Below the pieces are notes generated by a model. The model worked only from the letters and a program-made list of their open reading frames with translations. It searched no databases and was not told the DNA's origin. From Basidiobolus meristosporus CBS 931.73 (Eukaryota; Fungi; Basidiobolomycota), in NCBI GenBank assembly GCA_002104905.1, contig MCFE01000303.1, forward strand, positions 1 to 64,000: a stretch of 64,000 nucleotides of DNA, written 5' to 3'. Positions 39,481 through 51,200 of this stretch are shown in pieces. Numbering within the stretch: the stretch's first letter is position 1; every line of letters starts with the position of its first letter. Position numbers and translations under genes: made by a program.

Positions 39481-40548
39481 ATGAGCCATCTTATTGAACA
39501 GAAGTACGTTGCTTGGAGGAATCGCTACGTCCGTTCGGCCAACGGCAATAGTTTCTACGTTTATTACAACGACAAAGATGAGCTCGAGAAGATTGGAAAC
39601 CTCAAACCCATCACCTGCAGCGAGGCCCATGGCTACGGAATGCTTATCTCCGTATTGAAAGGAAACCCCTACGACTTCGAGTGTATGGTTCGCTACTTCG
39701 ATAGCTTCAGGAATAAGAAAGGTCTCATGGCTTGGCAACAAGTGATGGACTTACGTTCTGGGCAAATCTCCAACGCCCCTGACGGTGGTGATAATTGTGC
39801 TACCGACGGGGATGTCGACATAGCTGCTGCACTCTTTATTGCTGCCAAAACATGGAATAACCCCTCGTACAGGGATAGGGCTGTGTCTCTATGTAAAGCC
39901 ATATATGACCACTGTGTAAACTGGAACACCTGCATGTTCCGTCTGGGCGATTGGGTCGAGAGTGGCTCCAAGCACGACAAACTTACTCGTCCCTCTGATT
40001 TCCTTCTTACCCACTTGTTGCTGTTCTCCAGAGAGGACGCACCTGAGAGAAGAGATGGCTGGATTCGCATGCTGGAAGCTACTGTTCGCACAGTCGAGCG
40101 TCAGTTGACTTTTCACCCTCAAACCGGGCTAATTGCAGATTTTTTAGAGCATAACGGACACGAGTATGTCCCAGTGAAAGGTGAGGTTCTAGAGAGTAAG
40201 CATGACAAAGATTACAATTGGAATAGTTGTCGTGTCCCCTGGCGTCTTACCATCTACTATATCGAGTCGCGCGACACTCGTGTGTATCCCATTCTCCAAG
40301 CTCAGGCAAACTTCTTCGCACATCAGTCGGAAGTCAAGGCCGGTTACCAGTTGGATGGCAAGGCCCTGGTTGATTACACGGATCTTGCCTTCATGGCACC
40401 TGCCGCACTCTCCATGTGGTTAATCAACCATCCAAATCTCCCCAAGATCCAGAAGCAGATGGAAGAGATGGATGACAACGCTTATTTCGGCGAGACTATT
40501 GCTCTGCTATGCCAGCTACAAATCACCAGACCTCACTTCACTGTCTAA
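39481..40548 (+). CDS. Glycoside hydrolase family 8 (chitosanase/licheninase-like), intronless
   Basis: SEAHGYGML (catalytic acid), ATDGDVDIAAAL..A...W (GH8 signature, one mismatch), TRPSDF and LESKHDKDYNWNSCRVPWR. TATA-like element near 39433. Confidence 0.93.
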   Translation: MSHLIEQKYVAWRNRYVRSANGNSFYVYYNDKDELEKIGNLKPITCSEAHGYGMLISVLKGNPYDFECMVRYFDSFRNKKGLMAWQQVMDLRSGQISNAPDGGDNCATDGDVDIAAALFIAAKTWNNPSYRDRAVSLCKAIYDHCVNWNTCMFRLGDWVESGSKHDKLTRPSDFLLTHLLLFSREDAPERRDGWIRMLEATVRTVERQLTFHPQTGLIADFLEHNGHEYVPVKGEVLESKHDKDYNWNSCRVPWRLTIYYIESRDTRVYPILQAQANFFAHQSEVKAGYQLDGKALVDYTDLAFMAPAALSMWLINHPNLPKIQKQMEEMDDNAYFGETIALLCQLQITRPHFTV

Positions 40549-40737
40549 GTGGTAAATACCCGAGTGATCTTGACCTAATGACAGCCTCCTACCAGCCTCT
40601 ACGTACATTGACCTCCGCTACCTCATTATAAAGCCATACCATGTTAACTAATAAAGGCCTCTAATCGTGTAGAATTTACATCAATTTATATTACGGTTTT
40701 AGGGTAATGTTCAAGCATTGGTGTTGCGGAGCCTGGT

Positions 40738-40941
40738 TTACGGATTCTCGTGGGATGATTTCTCTTTCGGCTTCTCATTACTGTCCTTACTCTTTGCGGA
40801 AGGTTGGTGCTTGGCATGGGCTTCGGCATTTTCCTGTTTAGTGATTCCATGGGATTGCATCGACTCGCTCCCCAAAATCCCGCCGAGAGCTTCCTCGAGA
40901 AGCCCTGTGCCAGCTTCGATCTCCTCTTTTTGATGGCTCAT
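40738..40941 (-). CDS. Small CsbD-like (general stress) protein
   Basis: 67 aa; GLLEEALGGILGSESMQSHG..KQ..AEA resembles the CsbD/Hmp1 pattern. Confidence 0.55.
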   Translation of the reverse strand: MSHQKEEIEAGTGLLEEALGGILGSESMQSHGITKQENAEAHAKHQPSAKSKDSNEKPKEKSSHENP

Positions 40942-41465
40942 AAACACTCGTGTTGCGCTGGCGGGCCACCGCATTTGCCGCACACTTATATATATCGTGG
41001 CTCGAATAACGTCATCCTTGCCGTGACAGTGTCATTACGTAACATGGCCTTTTAGAGAAGTCATGATCAAAGCTTGGCCGGACCCGGGCTCCATGTCTGT
41101 TGTCCCTGAAATCATTGGAATCCCATAACCCACCTATGCATCCGGTTCACTCATCAGGAGCAATGGTGGGCGTCTGAACCAACCAACCAGTTATCTCCCA
41201 TATATGTTTACAATGGAGTTACAAATAGAGTTTGAACTGGTCCAAACATGGCCCAATTAATCTCCATCAATTATTTAAGCTACACCCAGGACTGAGCTGG
41301 TTGATTGGCTGGGAGTCTACTTGCTTGTGCCAATAGTCTGACGGCTAGGTTCAGGACTGCACTCAAGAGCTTCAAATTTTCCTCTCTTTGTTCCATATAC
41401 CTGAGGACACCTGGAAAGCATTGTAAATAGCAGCATATTCAGGGAAATAGTTGACATAATTTGGA

Positions 41466-42208
41466 ATGGAAGCCCAGTCGCGATCTTTGATTGCCACCAG
41501 CACGGTGGGGAAGTCTGAGCGCAACGGCTCAACTGGTAATGGAAATGGAGCGGCGCAAAGTACGCTGGCCTCTTCGAACGACGCCACCGCCGTCGCTCGA
41601 AAAACGCCCTCGCTATCGCTGATGCCGGTTGACGGGGATATGAACGTGGTCCGGGTTCATTTCGGTAAGTCGATTGTTTTTGGGATACCTTGCTTCTACT
41701 TGCGGCGATAACCGACCCACATATGGTAGAGACCAGCAACGACTCGGTAGTCATGCTGAAAACCACGCTGCTTATCACCTGCCTTCTGGTTATCGTATGG
41801 TTTCTCTACGCCGTCATCTCCCAGGATATTTTGCCGAAACTGCGCCAGCCCACCTCGTTCTTTTCGTTCTTGAATTTCCGAACCGTCGTCCCCTTCGTCA
41901 TGGTCATGTGGTTTATCGCTTTTTGCCTCCTCTCTCACCTGATCCACTTGAACTTCGACTTACCACCTGGGGGAGAGATGCTGTTTGCTGACACCCGGAG
42001 CGAGACCTCTCAGTGCAACGTTTGCGTCTTGCCCGGCGGGGGTGTGAGCATATTGCAGTTCGATAAGGAGAGGTCCTTCCTCCTAAAAGGCGGGGTCCAG
42101 GAGGAAGAAGAGGAGAAAGAACTTCAGCTTCGGAGAGGTGGTCGCAGTGCTCGCAACGAAACCTCTGAAGGGATTGAATTGCGGGTAGTGGAGCCTAGCC
42201 GAGTCTGA
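41466..42208 (+). CDS. Hypothetical protein with two TM helices, 2 exons
   Basis: Intron 41665-41729 (GTAAGT...TAG) joins ORFs 41466 and 41690 in frame. Two hydrophobic segments. Confidence 0.6.
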
Positions 42209-43537
42209 GGGCCCAGCACGCAGGTGTGAACACAACCTCGGTCGAATAGTGACCCTCTTCTTCCCACCCTTGGGCTTTCATCCTCCCCTACGATTTTGCT
42301 GGCATGGGGTATACCCTTAACTACGGATTCCTTGGTCGCAGCTGGAATTGCATCATCCCCGGCTTCTGCCCTGTTAGGTTCTCCCGAACCTCATACTCCC
42401 TTACCATATCACACAATGCTACTGTTGCGCCGACCTACCTAGCTCGCATTGTGTATATTGCCCTGATAACACTAGGCCAATTTCGCTTGTTTCAATCAAT
42501 CTTCCGGGTGCCAATAAATGGGGCCAATCTCCCTGATCAGTGAGGATACTCTAAGTAGCCACTTCTCATTCCACACTATAATCTATACTTGTTATGGCCC
42601 TATCCCTGCGCATCATACTACATCCACCATAAAACCAATAAATCACTAGCTGTTGTTGGTGAGGCCCCAACAGTGTCTTGCTGTACACATGTGGACTACA
42701 TGATGTTATACCCTGGCAAGTGGTGTGCTAGGCATGGTCCCTGGAATCCCTGGCACCTGATTACACAACTTACCTCAAGGTCTGCCAAGTGTAATTTAGA
42801 TGGAAGTGACTAGTATGGGATACTGTGGGAAAAGCCATAGGCTCCCCCACTTAGAATATCAAAGGTATTTTGAAAATATTCCCAATTCTCTCTCAGAGAC
42901 TCAATGGAAGGTACCATTAAAAGACTGTCACAAAGTGCCTTATAAGTTGATGATATTATTCAAGCATTGGTGAAGTACTGTTAGAATAGATTCTCTGCCC
43001 AGGCACAGCGGCACTTTAGTCAAAATTCTCAATCCTAGATCTAAGGTCCCACCAAATGATTGGCATTTGATTCCCTCCCCTTCCAATCTTATTATATATC
43101 TTCGCCAGTGTCTTTCTATTGAGATCCTAGATGTGTTGTGTGGATTAAGCCCCAAGAAAAAGAGCTTGCAAAGGGCCAGCAGAATGCCAGTACAACACCA
43201 GTAGAAATCTAGCTTTTCTTAATGCTACAACTTTCAGCATCAGAGGCTCTAAGCCTTTTAAGGACTAGTAGACAGATATCCTAGAAGTTGCTATACCCCA
43301 GTATTTGTCATTCCAATTAGAGTAGTAGTCTGATCACTGCAATATTTTAACTGAGAAATGAATTAATAAATGCCAGTCAAACACCAAATGAAAGGTATGA
43401 CCAAAATATCCACTGGAACTGGCAGATTTTGACAGAGACTAGTAGTGTTTAGAAGTCATCACACACATAACTGTATGACAGTAAACTAGCCTACTAGGCT
43501 ACTCACTATAGCTTTCCAGACAAAATGATGTCAAATA

Positions 43538-43885
43538 TGTTGTAAGAGTCTTGGACATATTGGAAGTAATTGGGAGAACAAGTAGACCATGTGGCTTTCA
43601 CTTAATAATTTATTGAATGTAACAGTAGTATTTAAACTTTTACATGGTCTTGGCATTACCAACACATAGAATAGGCTAAGGAAGGTCCCAAGAGCATGTG
43701 TGCAAAGTCTTGGGCTGTTTGGGCAACTTTGAGAATTTTCATGTTCAGGGCACCTGGTATTTTGTTGAAATATTCCAAGTAAATCCCAACAAGGAATTTG
43801 GTCAGTATTCTCTAGGATTTGAGGGTAATGATCTAAGTGACTAAGTTAGGTGAATATTTAGGTGGAATTACAAATTTTTACAACA
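43538..43885. repeat. Copia solo LTR, 348 bp
   Basis: TGTTGTAA...TTACAACA inverted termini and high similarity to 769-1091. No internal sequence adjacent and no clean TSD (AAATA vs CAAAA). Confidence 0.8.
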
Positions 43886-44470
43886 CAAAATACCTTCAAA
43901 ATACCAGCAGAATACCAGTTGAAATTCCAATGGATTCCAGCTTTGAGATTTTTTTAAGGGTATACTCTACCACTGAGGAGGAAGATGCCACTGCTGGTCT
44001 ATAAAGAGTAATTGCGTTCAACTCTTTTATTATTAAAAAGCTTCTGCATACCTTTTGAGTTCTAAAATGCTCTAAATTTTATTGTCTTAAAACAGTATCC
44101 AATGTTGAACAATTAGTCAATATCCTGCTTAATGTTATTCCCTATGAAAAATTATTTTAACAATCCCATCAAAAGGCCATCACAAAGTTAAAAACCTGTG
44201 ACTAAGGGGTACTGATCCCATCAGGACACCATCCAGGGACTGCTTAAAAATAATTGCACCCTAGATTTCACTAAAAAGTTGGTCAAAATTTTTCATCACA
44301 ATAATATATAAGTGGCTTTTGATTGGTTCCCTGCCAATTAGCTCACTTTCTGATCCTGGACACTCTATCACCTCCTACATTTGTGTGCATTGATTGGCTA
44401 TTGCCTCTTTTTCACACTCCTTACTTCCTGACTCAACTGTTCCTCTTACTTTTTGTGCATACAAATTGAT

Positions 44471-44773
44471 TTATTTCCATTGAAACTTCAGTTGTACCTC
44501 ACTTGCCAATTGTATTGACCTATACAAGTCCCTATACCCTACACTAACATTAAGCCCAACCCCACACTCAACAAGTAACTCCATTAAAATCCACCACTCA
44601 ATAAGTATTTCTGCTGTAACACTCTGGCTCCACAACTTTGGTGTGAACCCAATGGCTTTATACCACTGTTCATTCACTGGTTCCCACACATCTGGGTCTT
44701 CAGCTGGCACTGCAAGGTCTAGCACCTCATCTGCCAGTCTTTGCAATAAATCCTTGCAATATTTAAGTACATT
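44471..44773 (-). pseudogene. 3' part of the outer (probably CACTA-associated) ORF, split by the PHIS element
   Basis: Removing 44774-55706 and one ATT joins ...FKSSAQKN to VLKYCKDLLQRLADE... in frame. Confidence 0.75.
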
Positions 44774-44956
44774 AGACTTGTTCCGTTGGATAGTGCCACA
44801 TAGTGCCAGCCTGTTTATGGTTCCGGATTGATCTGGCACCCTACGGCACTATCTGGCACTATAATTTCTACCATGATGCCTGTGGTATGATACAGCTACT
44901 GGTAATTTTACTCAATCTTACTTATGTTGCTGAGAATAGTGCTTTCCTTGCTTTAT

Positions 44957-45841
44957 TTACTCTTCATAATGCTCCAGACACATTTCTCTCAGTGGATGTC
45001 TTCTTGTATGAACATACTGTACATTAATAAGTATCTTAACTATTTTACCTATTCTGCTGTTTTCTCCTATATATGACTTTCCTCTGTATTTACCTGCCAA
45101 TATGCTGAATCTCTTCAGATATCCAAATGTGTGCTCTACCCTTACTCTGAAATGAATAAATATCTCATTGTAGAGCTTCTGCTTCCTGCTAAGTACACCA
45201 TTCCTTGGCTTCCTATAAGCTGTAATACATCTTAATCTCTGACAATCCTCTCCTATATAAGCTAAGTCTGCCATACATTTCTCCCCTCTACTGAATTCAG
45301 GATGATTCTCTACCCAGAGTGCTTTGTCATGCCTACTTCCAGCAAATGGCCCACTAAACCAGATGATGTTACCCTCAATGTCAGACAGTGCTTGAAACTT
45401 CACACAGTGTGCCTTGTACTTGCCAGAATAAAAGTGCCTCTGCCCTCTAGAAGGTCTGTTAATCCTCACTGGGAAGGTATCCAAAATACTCCTGATATGG
45501 AACCTGTTGCTGAACACTCTGGGATATGGAAGTCTATTGGAGCTTCTGAACCTAGTATTCCAAGCTTGCTCTAAGTCATTCATACCCTCTGCAAGGTGGT
45601 TCTCCATTGCTGTCAGCTGGGAATGAAAGCTTCTAGGACTTTTGTTGCCATGGATGGTGGGATGAAACCTTGTAGGGCAATAGTTCTTGCAATAGCAGAG
45701 AAGCTTGACAAGGGATCTCCTTGAGTAGATTGGGGTTGATGGTCCACAGTACTTGGAATAGATCTCCTCTAGTGTGTCAAAAGGAAATCCAGTGGTAGTG
45801 ATGGGATTGATGAGAAAAGACCATTTAGATGAGTAAGTCAT
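44957..45841 (-). CDS. DDE_Tnp_4-type transposase, intact
   Basis: Triad ILDTFP / MADLAY / RVRVEHTFGYLKRF, plus FYSGKYKAHCVKFQ and SGPFAGSRHD. No stops or frameshifts. Confidence 0.9.
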   Translation of the reverse strand: MTYSSKWSFLINPITTTGFPFDTLEEIYSKYCGPSTPIYSRRSLVKLLCYCKNYCPTRFHPTIHGNKSPRSFHSQLTAMENHLAEGMNDLEQAWNTRFRSSNRLPYPRVFSNRFHIRSILDTFPVRINRPSRGQRHFYSGKYKAHCVKFQALSDIEGNIIWFSGPFAGSRHDKALWVENHPEFSRGEKCMADLAYIGEDCQRLRCITAYRKPRNGVLSRKQKLYNEIFIHFRVRVEHTFGYLKRFSILAGKYRGKSYIGENSRIGKIVKILINVQYVHTRRHPLREMCLEHYEE

Positions 45842-46293
45842 ATTAAAATTGGTGGATGATTGTATTAAGGTGGTTTGAATCAATTTGGCGCAATCCGCCT
45901 TATTTATCTGATTTTTAATACATTATGGTTAAATCTCCATCAATTGCCATGTATCTCATCATTATGTTGCAAAAATCATCCGCAAACAATGCCTTGGTAC
46001 TTTTATTGATGCTTTAATCATAGGTCTATAATCAAATAGGAAATCTGCGATTGATGTGATCTGATCCGTGTCAACGCAATCCGAGATGCATCATGCATAA
46101 TATATGGAAAATTCAACAATCACATTAGTTTTCATATATATTTCATATAAGACCAGGTTGATGCCAATATACTGCTGTATAAGTATCCAAATCCGTTGCT
46201 ATGGTCCCCATACCAAGCCTCAACTCATCTTTAGTACAACCCAGACAAAACCCATCCCCCAGCTCACAAGCACGGTCCGGACCGGAAAAGTCA

Positions 46294-46906
46294 ATGTCAG
46301 ATCCGTTTGAGTTCTCGCCAAATGATTTTAGTATGGCCCAAGTGTCTATGATGAGCCTTCATACAGATATTTGGGCACTACTGATTAATCTAGCAGAACT
46401 AGATACCTCAGAGAGTCAACAAAGATGGAAGAATTTGAGTAGAAAGCTGTGGCATGAGTTCTACATCAAGAAGCCAGCCTATGTATGTAAAAAGATATAT
46501 AACAAGACAAGTATTGAAATCAAGAATGAGCTGAGAGTGAGGGGATTTGACAAAGAAGCCGTGAGGGAGCAATTTCACGCGCAATTTGCACAGTACGGGC
46601 CGGACGCATCCGTTTGTGCCTCAACTTTGGGAACCAAAGAGATTTTGAATGAGTTTTTGCCTCAAATGACTAATGTACTATGTGATATATTAGTAGAGCT
46701 AAGTGGCTTCCAAGAGCAATATACACAGGACTCATCCAGGCAACAGCTCCAAAGTATCAGACAGAGGGTAAGTGAATACCTTGAGGAATCAGATGGTGAG
46801 CTTCAGGAGGAAGAATACAGACCGCAAGCAACATCATCCAGATTGCGCCAGCACGCCTTGCTGGATTCCCTACCATCTCTTGCAACCACAGCGCGCCGGC
46901 ACACGT
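46294..46906 (+). pseudogene. PHIS ORF2, 5' part (possible Myb/SANT-like DNA-binding protein), interrupted by the gypsy element
   Basis: DIWALL...ESQQRWKNLSRKLW recalls the MADF/trihelix RWKNL helix. The frame ends in the first LTR bases and resumes after 54421. Confidence 0.65.
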
Positions 46907-47292
46907 CGTGAGTACTCAATGTAGTACCCACTCTTTGCCCAAGAGTTCTCCCAAGAGTTCCCTCCAGAGTCCTACCCAAAGTCCTCCAGTACCCTCCCTA
47001 TGATTCCCCCACGTGTCCTCCCCTCCTATCCCTGCCCTTATCTAGTTAGAACACTTACCATAACAGGAAGGTGTTCACACCCCTATTTTATAACACATTG
47101 TCTATTGTCTAAGCCCCCCAAGTGATATATATATCTACCCAAATGAACCAGGAAGAACAACGAGATTGGGACGAAATAAACAGAAGTCTTTATTACCTTG
47201 CTACCTTCTATTGGAAGCTATTCTGAACCAAGTGGTACTGACATGACCTACAAGCTCTCCCACTCACCAAGTACAGTCAGTAATAACCCACA
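46907..47292 (+). repeat. Gypsy 5' LTR (386 bp)
   Basis: Matches 54030-54416 except for the first base (C vs T), one C in a poly-C run and one A/T substitution. Ends CCCACA. Confidence 0.95.
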
Positions 47293-47296
47293 TATT

Positions 47297-47315
47297 TGGT
47301 GCCGTCTCTGCGGAA
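47297..47315 (+). promoter_or_regulatory. Gypsy primer-binding site, probably tRNA-His
   Basis: TGGTGCCGTCTCTGCGGAA, 4 nt after the LTR. Its complement ends ...AGACGGCACCA, like tRNA-His 3' ends. Confidence 0.65.
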
Positions 47316-47333
47316 ATAAGCACAAGTGAGGTA

Positions 47334-48206
47334 ATGACTACTACAATCAAACTAAAAACATACAAGGGAAAGAGAGAGAAAGCCCTTGAGTGGTTTGATA
47401 AGTTTGAGAGAGTTGTGGTTGATGCAGGATGGGACGGCAATAAGAAAGTAAGAGAGTTCGCAAGACATATGGAAGGGTCAGCATGGCAATGGCATTATGG
47501 GTTGGAAGACGCAGTCAAAGACGCCTGGGATGCACTAGAAGAAGCCTACAAGACACGCTTTCTATATGCCGAAGGATACCACTACGAAGCCCTTCTACTG
47601 TCCTCGCGGAAGAAAAGCAGTGAAAGCTATGAAGCCTACACTGAACTGTTTCTCCAACAAGTTTGATGTCTCCCAAAGGACGAAATCGCCGAACAACAGC
47701 TCATGAGGTATTACATCATGGGCTTAGACGACGAAATAAGACGTAGGGCGTCCAAAGAACAACAGGGATGTAAAACGTTGCAAGAGTTGGTCGAACAAGT
47801 ATGAGGGGTCATCTTGCTATGGGGGCTACCCTATAGTGATACAAATGATTGAAGGACAGGGATCCCCTGTAAGAAAGGAAAAATTGCCTCCCCAAAAGAC
47901 CGTGAGTTAGAGGAATTACGGCAAAAGGTCCAAGAACTCTTGATCAACAATGTCCAAGAAGTCCCCAAAGAAGGTGATAAACTCTGGGAAGCTGTTGTAG
48001 ATCTAAAGGCCCAGGTTCAAGTCCTGACCCAACAGATGGAACAACCGCGACAACAGTATCCGTGTTATGTGTGTGGAGAAGTAGGTCACTGGGCCCATGA
48101 ATGTGAAAAACGGTACGGAAGAGAAGCCATACCGGACACAAAAGAGAAGAAGGCGTCAAAAGACAGAGTCCCTTGCCAGGAGGCCAACGGGACTCAGTCA
48201 ATCTAA
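47334..48206 (+). pseudogene. Gypsy gag with CCHC knuckle and three in-frame TGA stops
   Basis: WFDKFE...GSAWQWH (Retrotrans_gag), three TGA codons in one frame, CYVCGEVGHWAHEC. Confidence 0.9.
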
Positions 48207-51200
48207 GCCCTCCGGTCAGGACAATCAAAGTGCGGAAGAAGAAGCGTCGACATGATGCTTCTAGAGAGGAGGCAAAGGAACCTGTAGTAGAGGTTCCGTC
48301 AAAAGGAAAGAGCGCGGAATTAGGTGAAGAAGTATGGAATGAACCTTGGGAAGAAGTGTTAAAGCAAACAAAGAACGCTAGCACGTCTTCCCATGGCCTA
48401 TTCCCCATATTGAAGGTACTAGAGCAAACCAAGGCAACCCTCCCAATAACCAATTTACTGGGACTGGCCCCGGCTCTAGTCAAGGAACTGATAGAGGGAT
48501 TGAAGGAGATAACGACCCTCCATGTCAACCAGACGGTCCTGCAAAAACCAAATAAAGGTACATACGTAAAGGTACGTATAGAGAATAAGGAGATTCTTGC
48601 CCTTATCAACACAGGATCCTCTACGTTGATCATGTCAGAGTCATTAGCGAAACGTCTCAAACTAAATATAGTCCCCAACGGCACCATTCGAGTACGGCTA
48701 GCAAATGACCAACTGGATACAACGGTAGGTGTGGTGCCTAATTGCCCCATTTGGCTAGGCAACTTGATAATACGCCAAGATGTCGTGGTCCTACCCATCG
48801 CAGCCAACAACTTACTCATTGGCGAGAGTTGGTTTATCCAACATAAGATGGATATACTTTACAGTGCATCTGAACTCAGGTGGGATACCAAGAGTATCCC
48901 ACTGATTCATATCACCGATGAGAGCGAGGCGCGTAGCAACAGTGTGACAATCAAAGAGGTGAAACCGTCGCAGTCTCCGATCATCACACGAAAGGTGATA
49001 AAAATACCACCCGTCAGTGAGATGGTGATCTCATTAGAAACACCAATAGCTTATTCAACGAGCGGAAGAATGATAACCGCAGCAAAAGCATCCAAGCAAC
49101 TGGAAGGAATCTCGATCCCTAAAGTATGGATACCACCAAAATTTGAAACGCAAAGCCTGAAATGCTTAGTGGTTAACAATGGGCAACACACGGTGACATT
49201 GCCTAGAGGAGTGCCATTGTTAAACTTAGAGGAAGTCGACGGAAACAACCAAGGACCACCTCCAAACAAAGAACCAGAAGAAGAGCTCCCCGAACTAGAT
49301 GTGGACCCCGGTCTACTGCCTACGTTACGAGACAAATTCCTAGAAGGAATACGTCCACTTGCCCAAGTATTCTCTAAGAACCAAGTAATTGGTCATATAC
49401 CTGGGGTATATCACCAAATCCACCTTGCCGACAAATATCCCATCAAGCAAAAAGCCTATAGGAATTTGAAAATTGACACAGACTATCTCAAAGAGACGAT
49501 TGAAACTTTATTAATAGACGACATCATTACAGAGAGCCAGTCTCCGTGGGCCTCCCCCGTAGTGATAGTCCCGAAGAAAGACGGAAAGCAACGCTTTTGC
49601 ATTGACTACCGGAAATTGAACGCCGTCACCCGGAAGGACGTGTATCTGCTACCGCAAATAGACAACCTCTTGGACAGATTAATCGGAGCTAAATATTTTA
49701 GCTCTCTTGACTTAATCTCCGGGTATTGGCAAGTAGAAGTAGCCCCAGAAGATCAACCCAAAACCGCTTTTATAACATCATTTGGATTATACAAATGGAA
49801 CCGACTACCCTTTGGCTTGTGCAATGCCCCCGCTACGTTCCAAAGGATGATTGACAAGGTGCTAGGAAATCTACAATGGGAATGCGCCCTTGTGTATCTG
49901 GACGACATCACAATATATTCCCCCAATGTAGAAGAACATATACACAACGTGCAACGTATCCTGACATCCCTCCTCAAGAACCAACTCAAACTACATCCCA
50001 AGAAGTGCCATTTCCTGTATACGAAATTGTTGTTCCTGGGCCACGAGATCTTGGCAGATGGAATATACCCATCTACGTCACTCCTGAAAGCCGTTCAAAA
50101 TGCACCTGCACCAAAGGACATTAATGCAGTGTTGGGATTCCTAGGATTAGCCGGCTACTATTGCCGCTTTGTCAAAAACTTTGCGACAATAGCAGCCCCC
50201 CTATACAAATTGACGCAAAAGGGCCAGTGTTTTGTATGGTTGGAGCCTCAAAAGAGAGCATTCAATCAGCTGAAACATTCCCTGACGTCACCGCCAGTGT
50301 TACGATTTCCCAATTGGGATGCGAGATTTTTTATTAACAGTGATGGAAGCCTCACCGGTATAGGCGCCGTACTGGGACAATACCACCAACCCGGCAAATT
50401 CCACCCAATCGGTTACGTGAGCCGTTTGCTAAACAAACATGAACGCCACTACCCCGTTACCAAGATAGAATGTCTGGCTGTTGTTTATTAGACTTGTTCC
50501 GTTGGATAGTGCCACAATGAGCCATAAGTGCCAAATGATGCCATAGTGTACCAGAGAGGTAAAGTGAGCCTATACTTGGCCACAGAGTGTGAAACATAGC
50601 TCTGCATCTTCATGTAAAGCAGTCCTTGTGTTTCACCCATTGTGTTGGAGAAAATCCATTTTTTGACCTTTTTTTATGGATCAATGAAGCTCAGGATGTG
50701 TAAGAGCACAGAAGTGCTGAAGATATGTGTCAGGTACTCAATACCCATGGCACTCTGAATCTAGCTCCTGTAGCTTGTATCATGTCTCAAAAATGAATGG
50801 CACTATCTTGGTCCACTGGTACTATCTGGCACTATAAGTGCTTTGTATAGATCTTACATTAGGTCTAATATTTAAATATAGTGCCAGATAGTACCAGTGG
50901 ACCAAGATAGTGCCATTCATTTTTGTGACATGATACAAGCTAAAGGAGCTAGATTCAGAGTGCCATGGGTATTGAGTACCAGATGCATATCTTTAATCTG
51001 CTTGTGCTCTAACACATCCTGCACAACATTGATCCAAAAAAAAAGGTCAAAAAATGGATTTTCTCCAACACAATGGGTGAAACACAGGGGCTGCTTTGCA
51101 TGAAGATGCAGAGCTATGTTTCACACTCTGTGGCCAGGTAGAGGCTCACTTTACCTCTCTGGCACACTATGGCATCATTTGGCACTCATGGCTCAATGTG

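Noticed and set aside
39481-40941. GH8 and CsbD-like genes as a co-transferred bacterial pair
   Set aside because: They are convergent rather than operon-like, and CsbD-like genes are widespread in fungi.
42550-43530. CpG-depleted region with a PPT-like AGTGGGGGAG on the minus strand and a short ORF
   Set aside because: Probably TE debris, but there is no TG start after the purine run and no recognisable domain, so it was not called.
45884-45895. TTTGGCGC E2F-like site upstream of the transposase, with a similar TTGGCGCAATC near 55523
   Set aside because: One 8-mer is expected by chance in 64 kb, and there is no supporting evidence.
46902-46912. 5' LTR starts CG rather than TG; a 6-bp TSD (CACGTC/CATGTC) with a 1-nt end loss also fits
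   Set aside because: A single-base ambiguity that cannot be resolved from one copy. It does not change the reconstruction.
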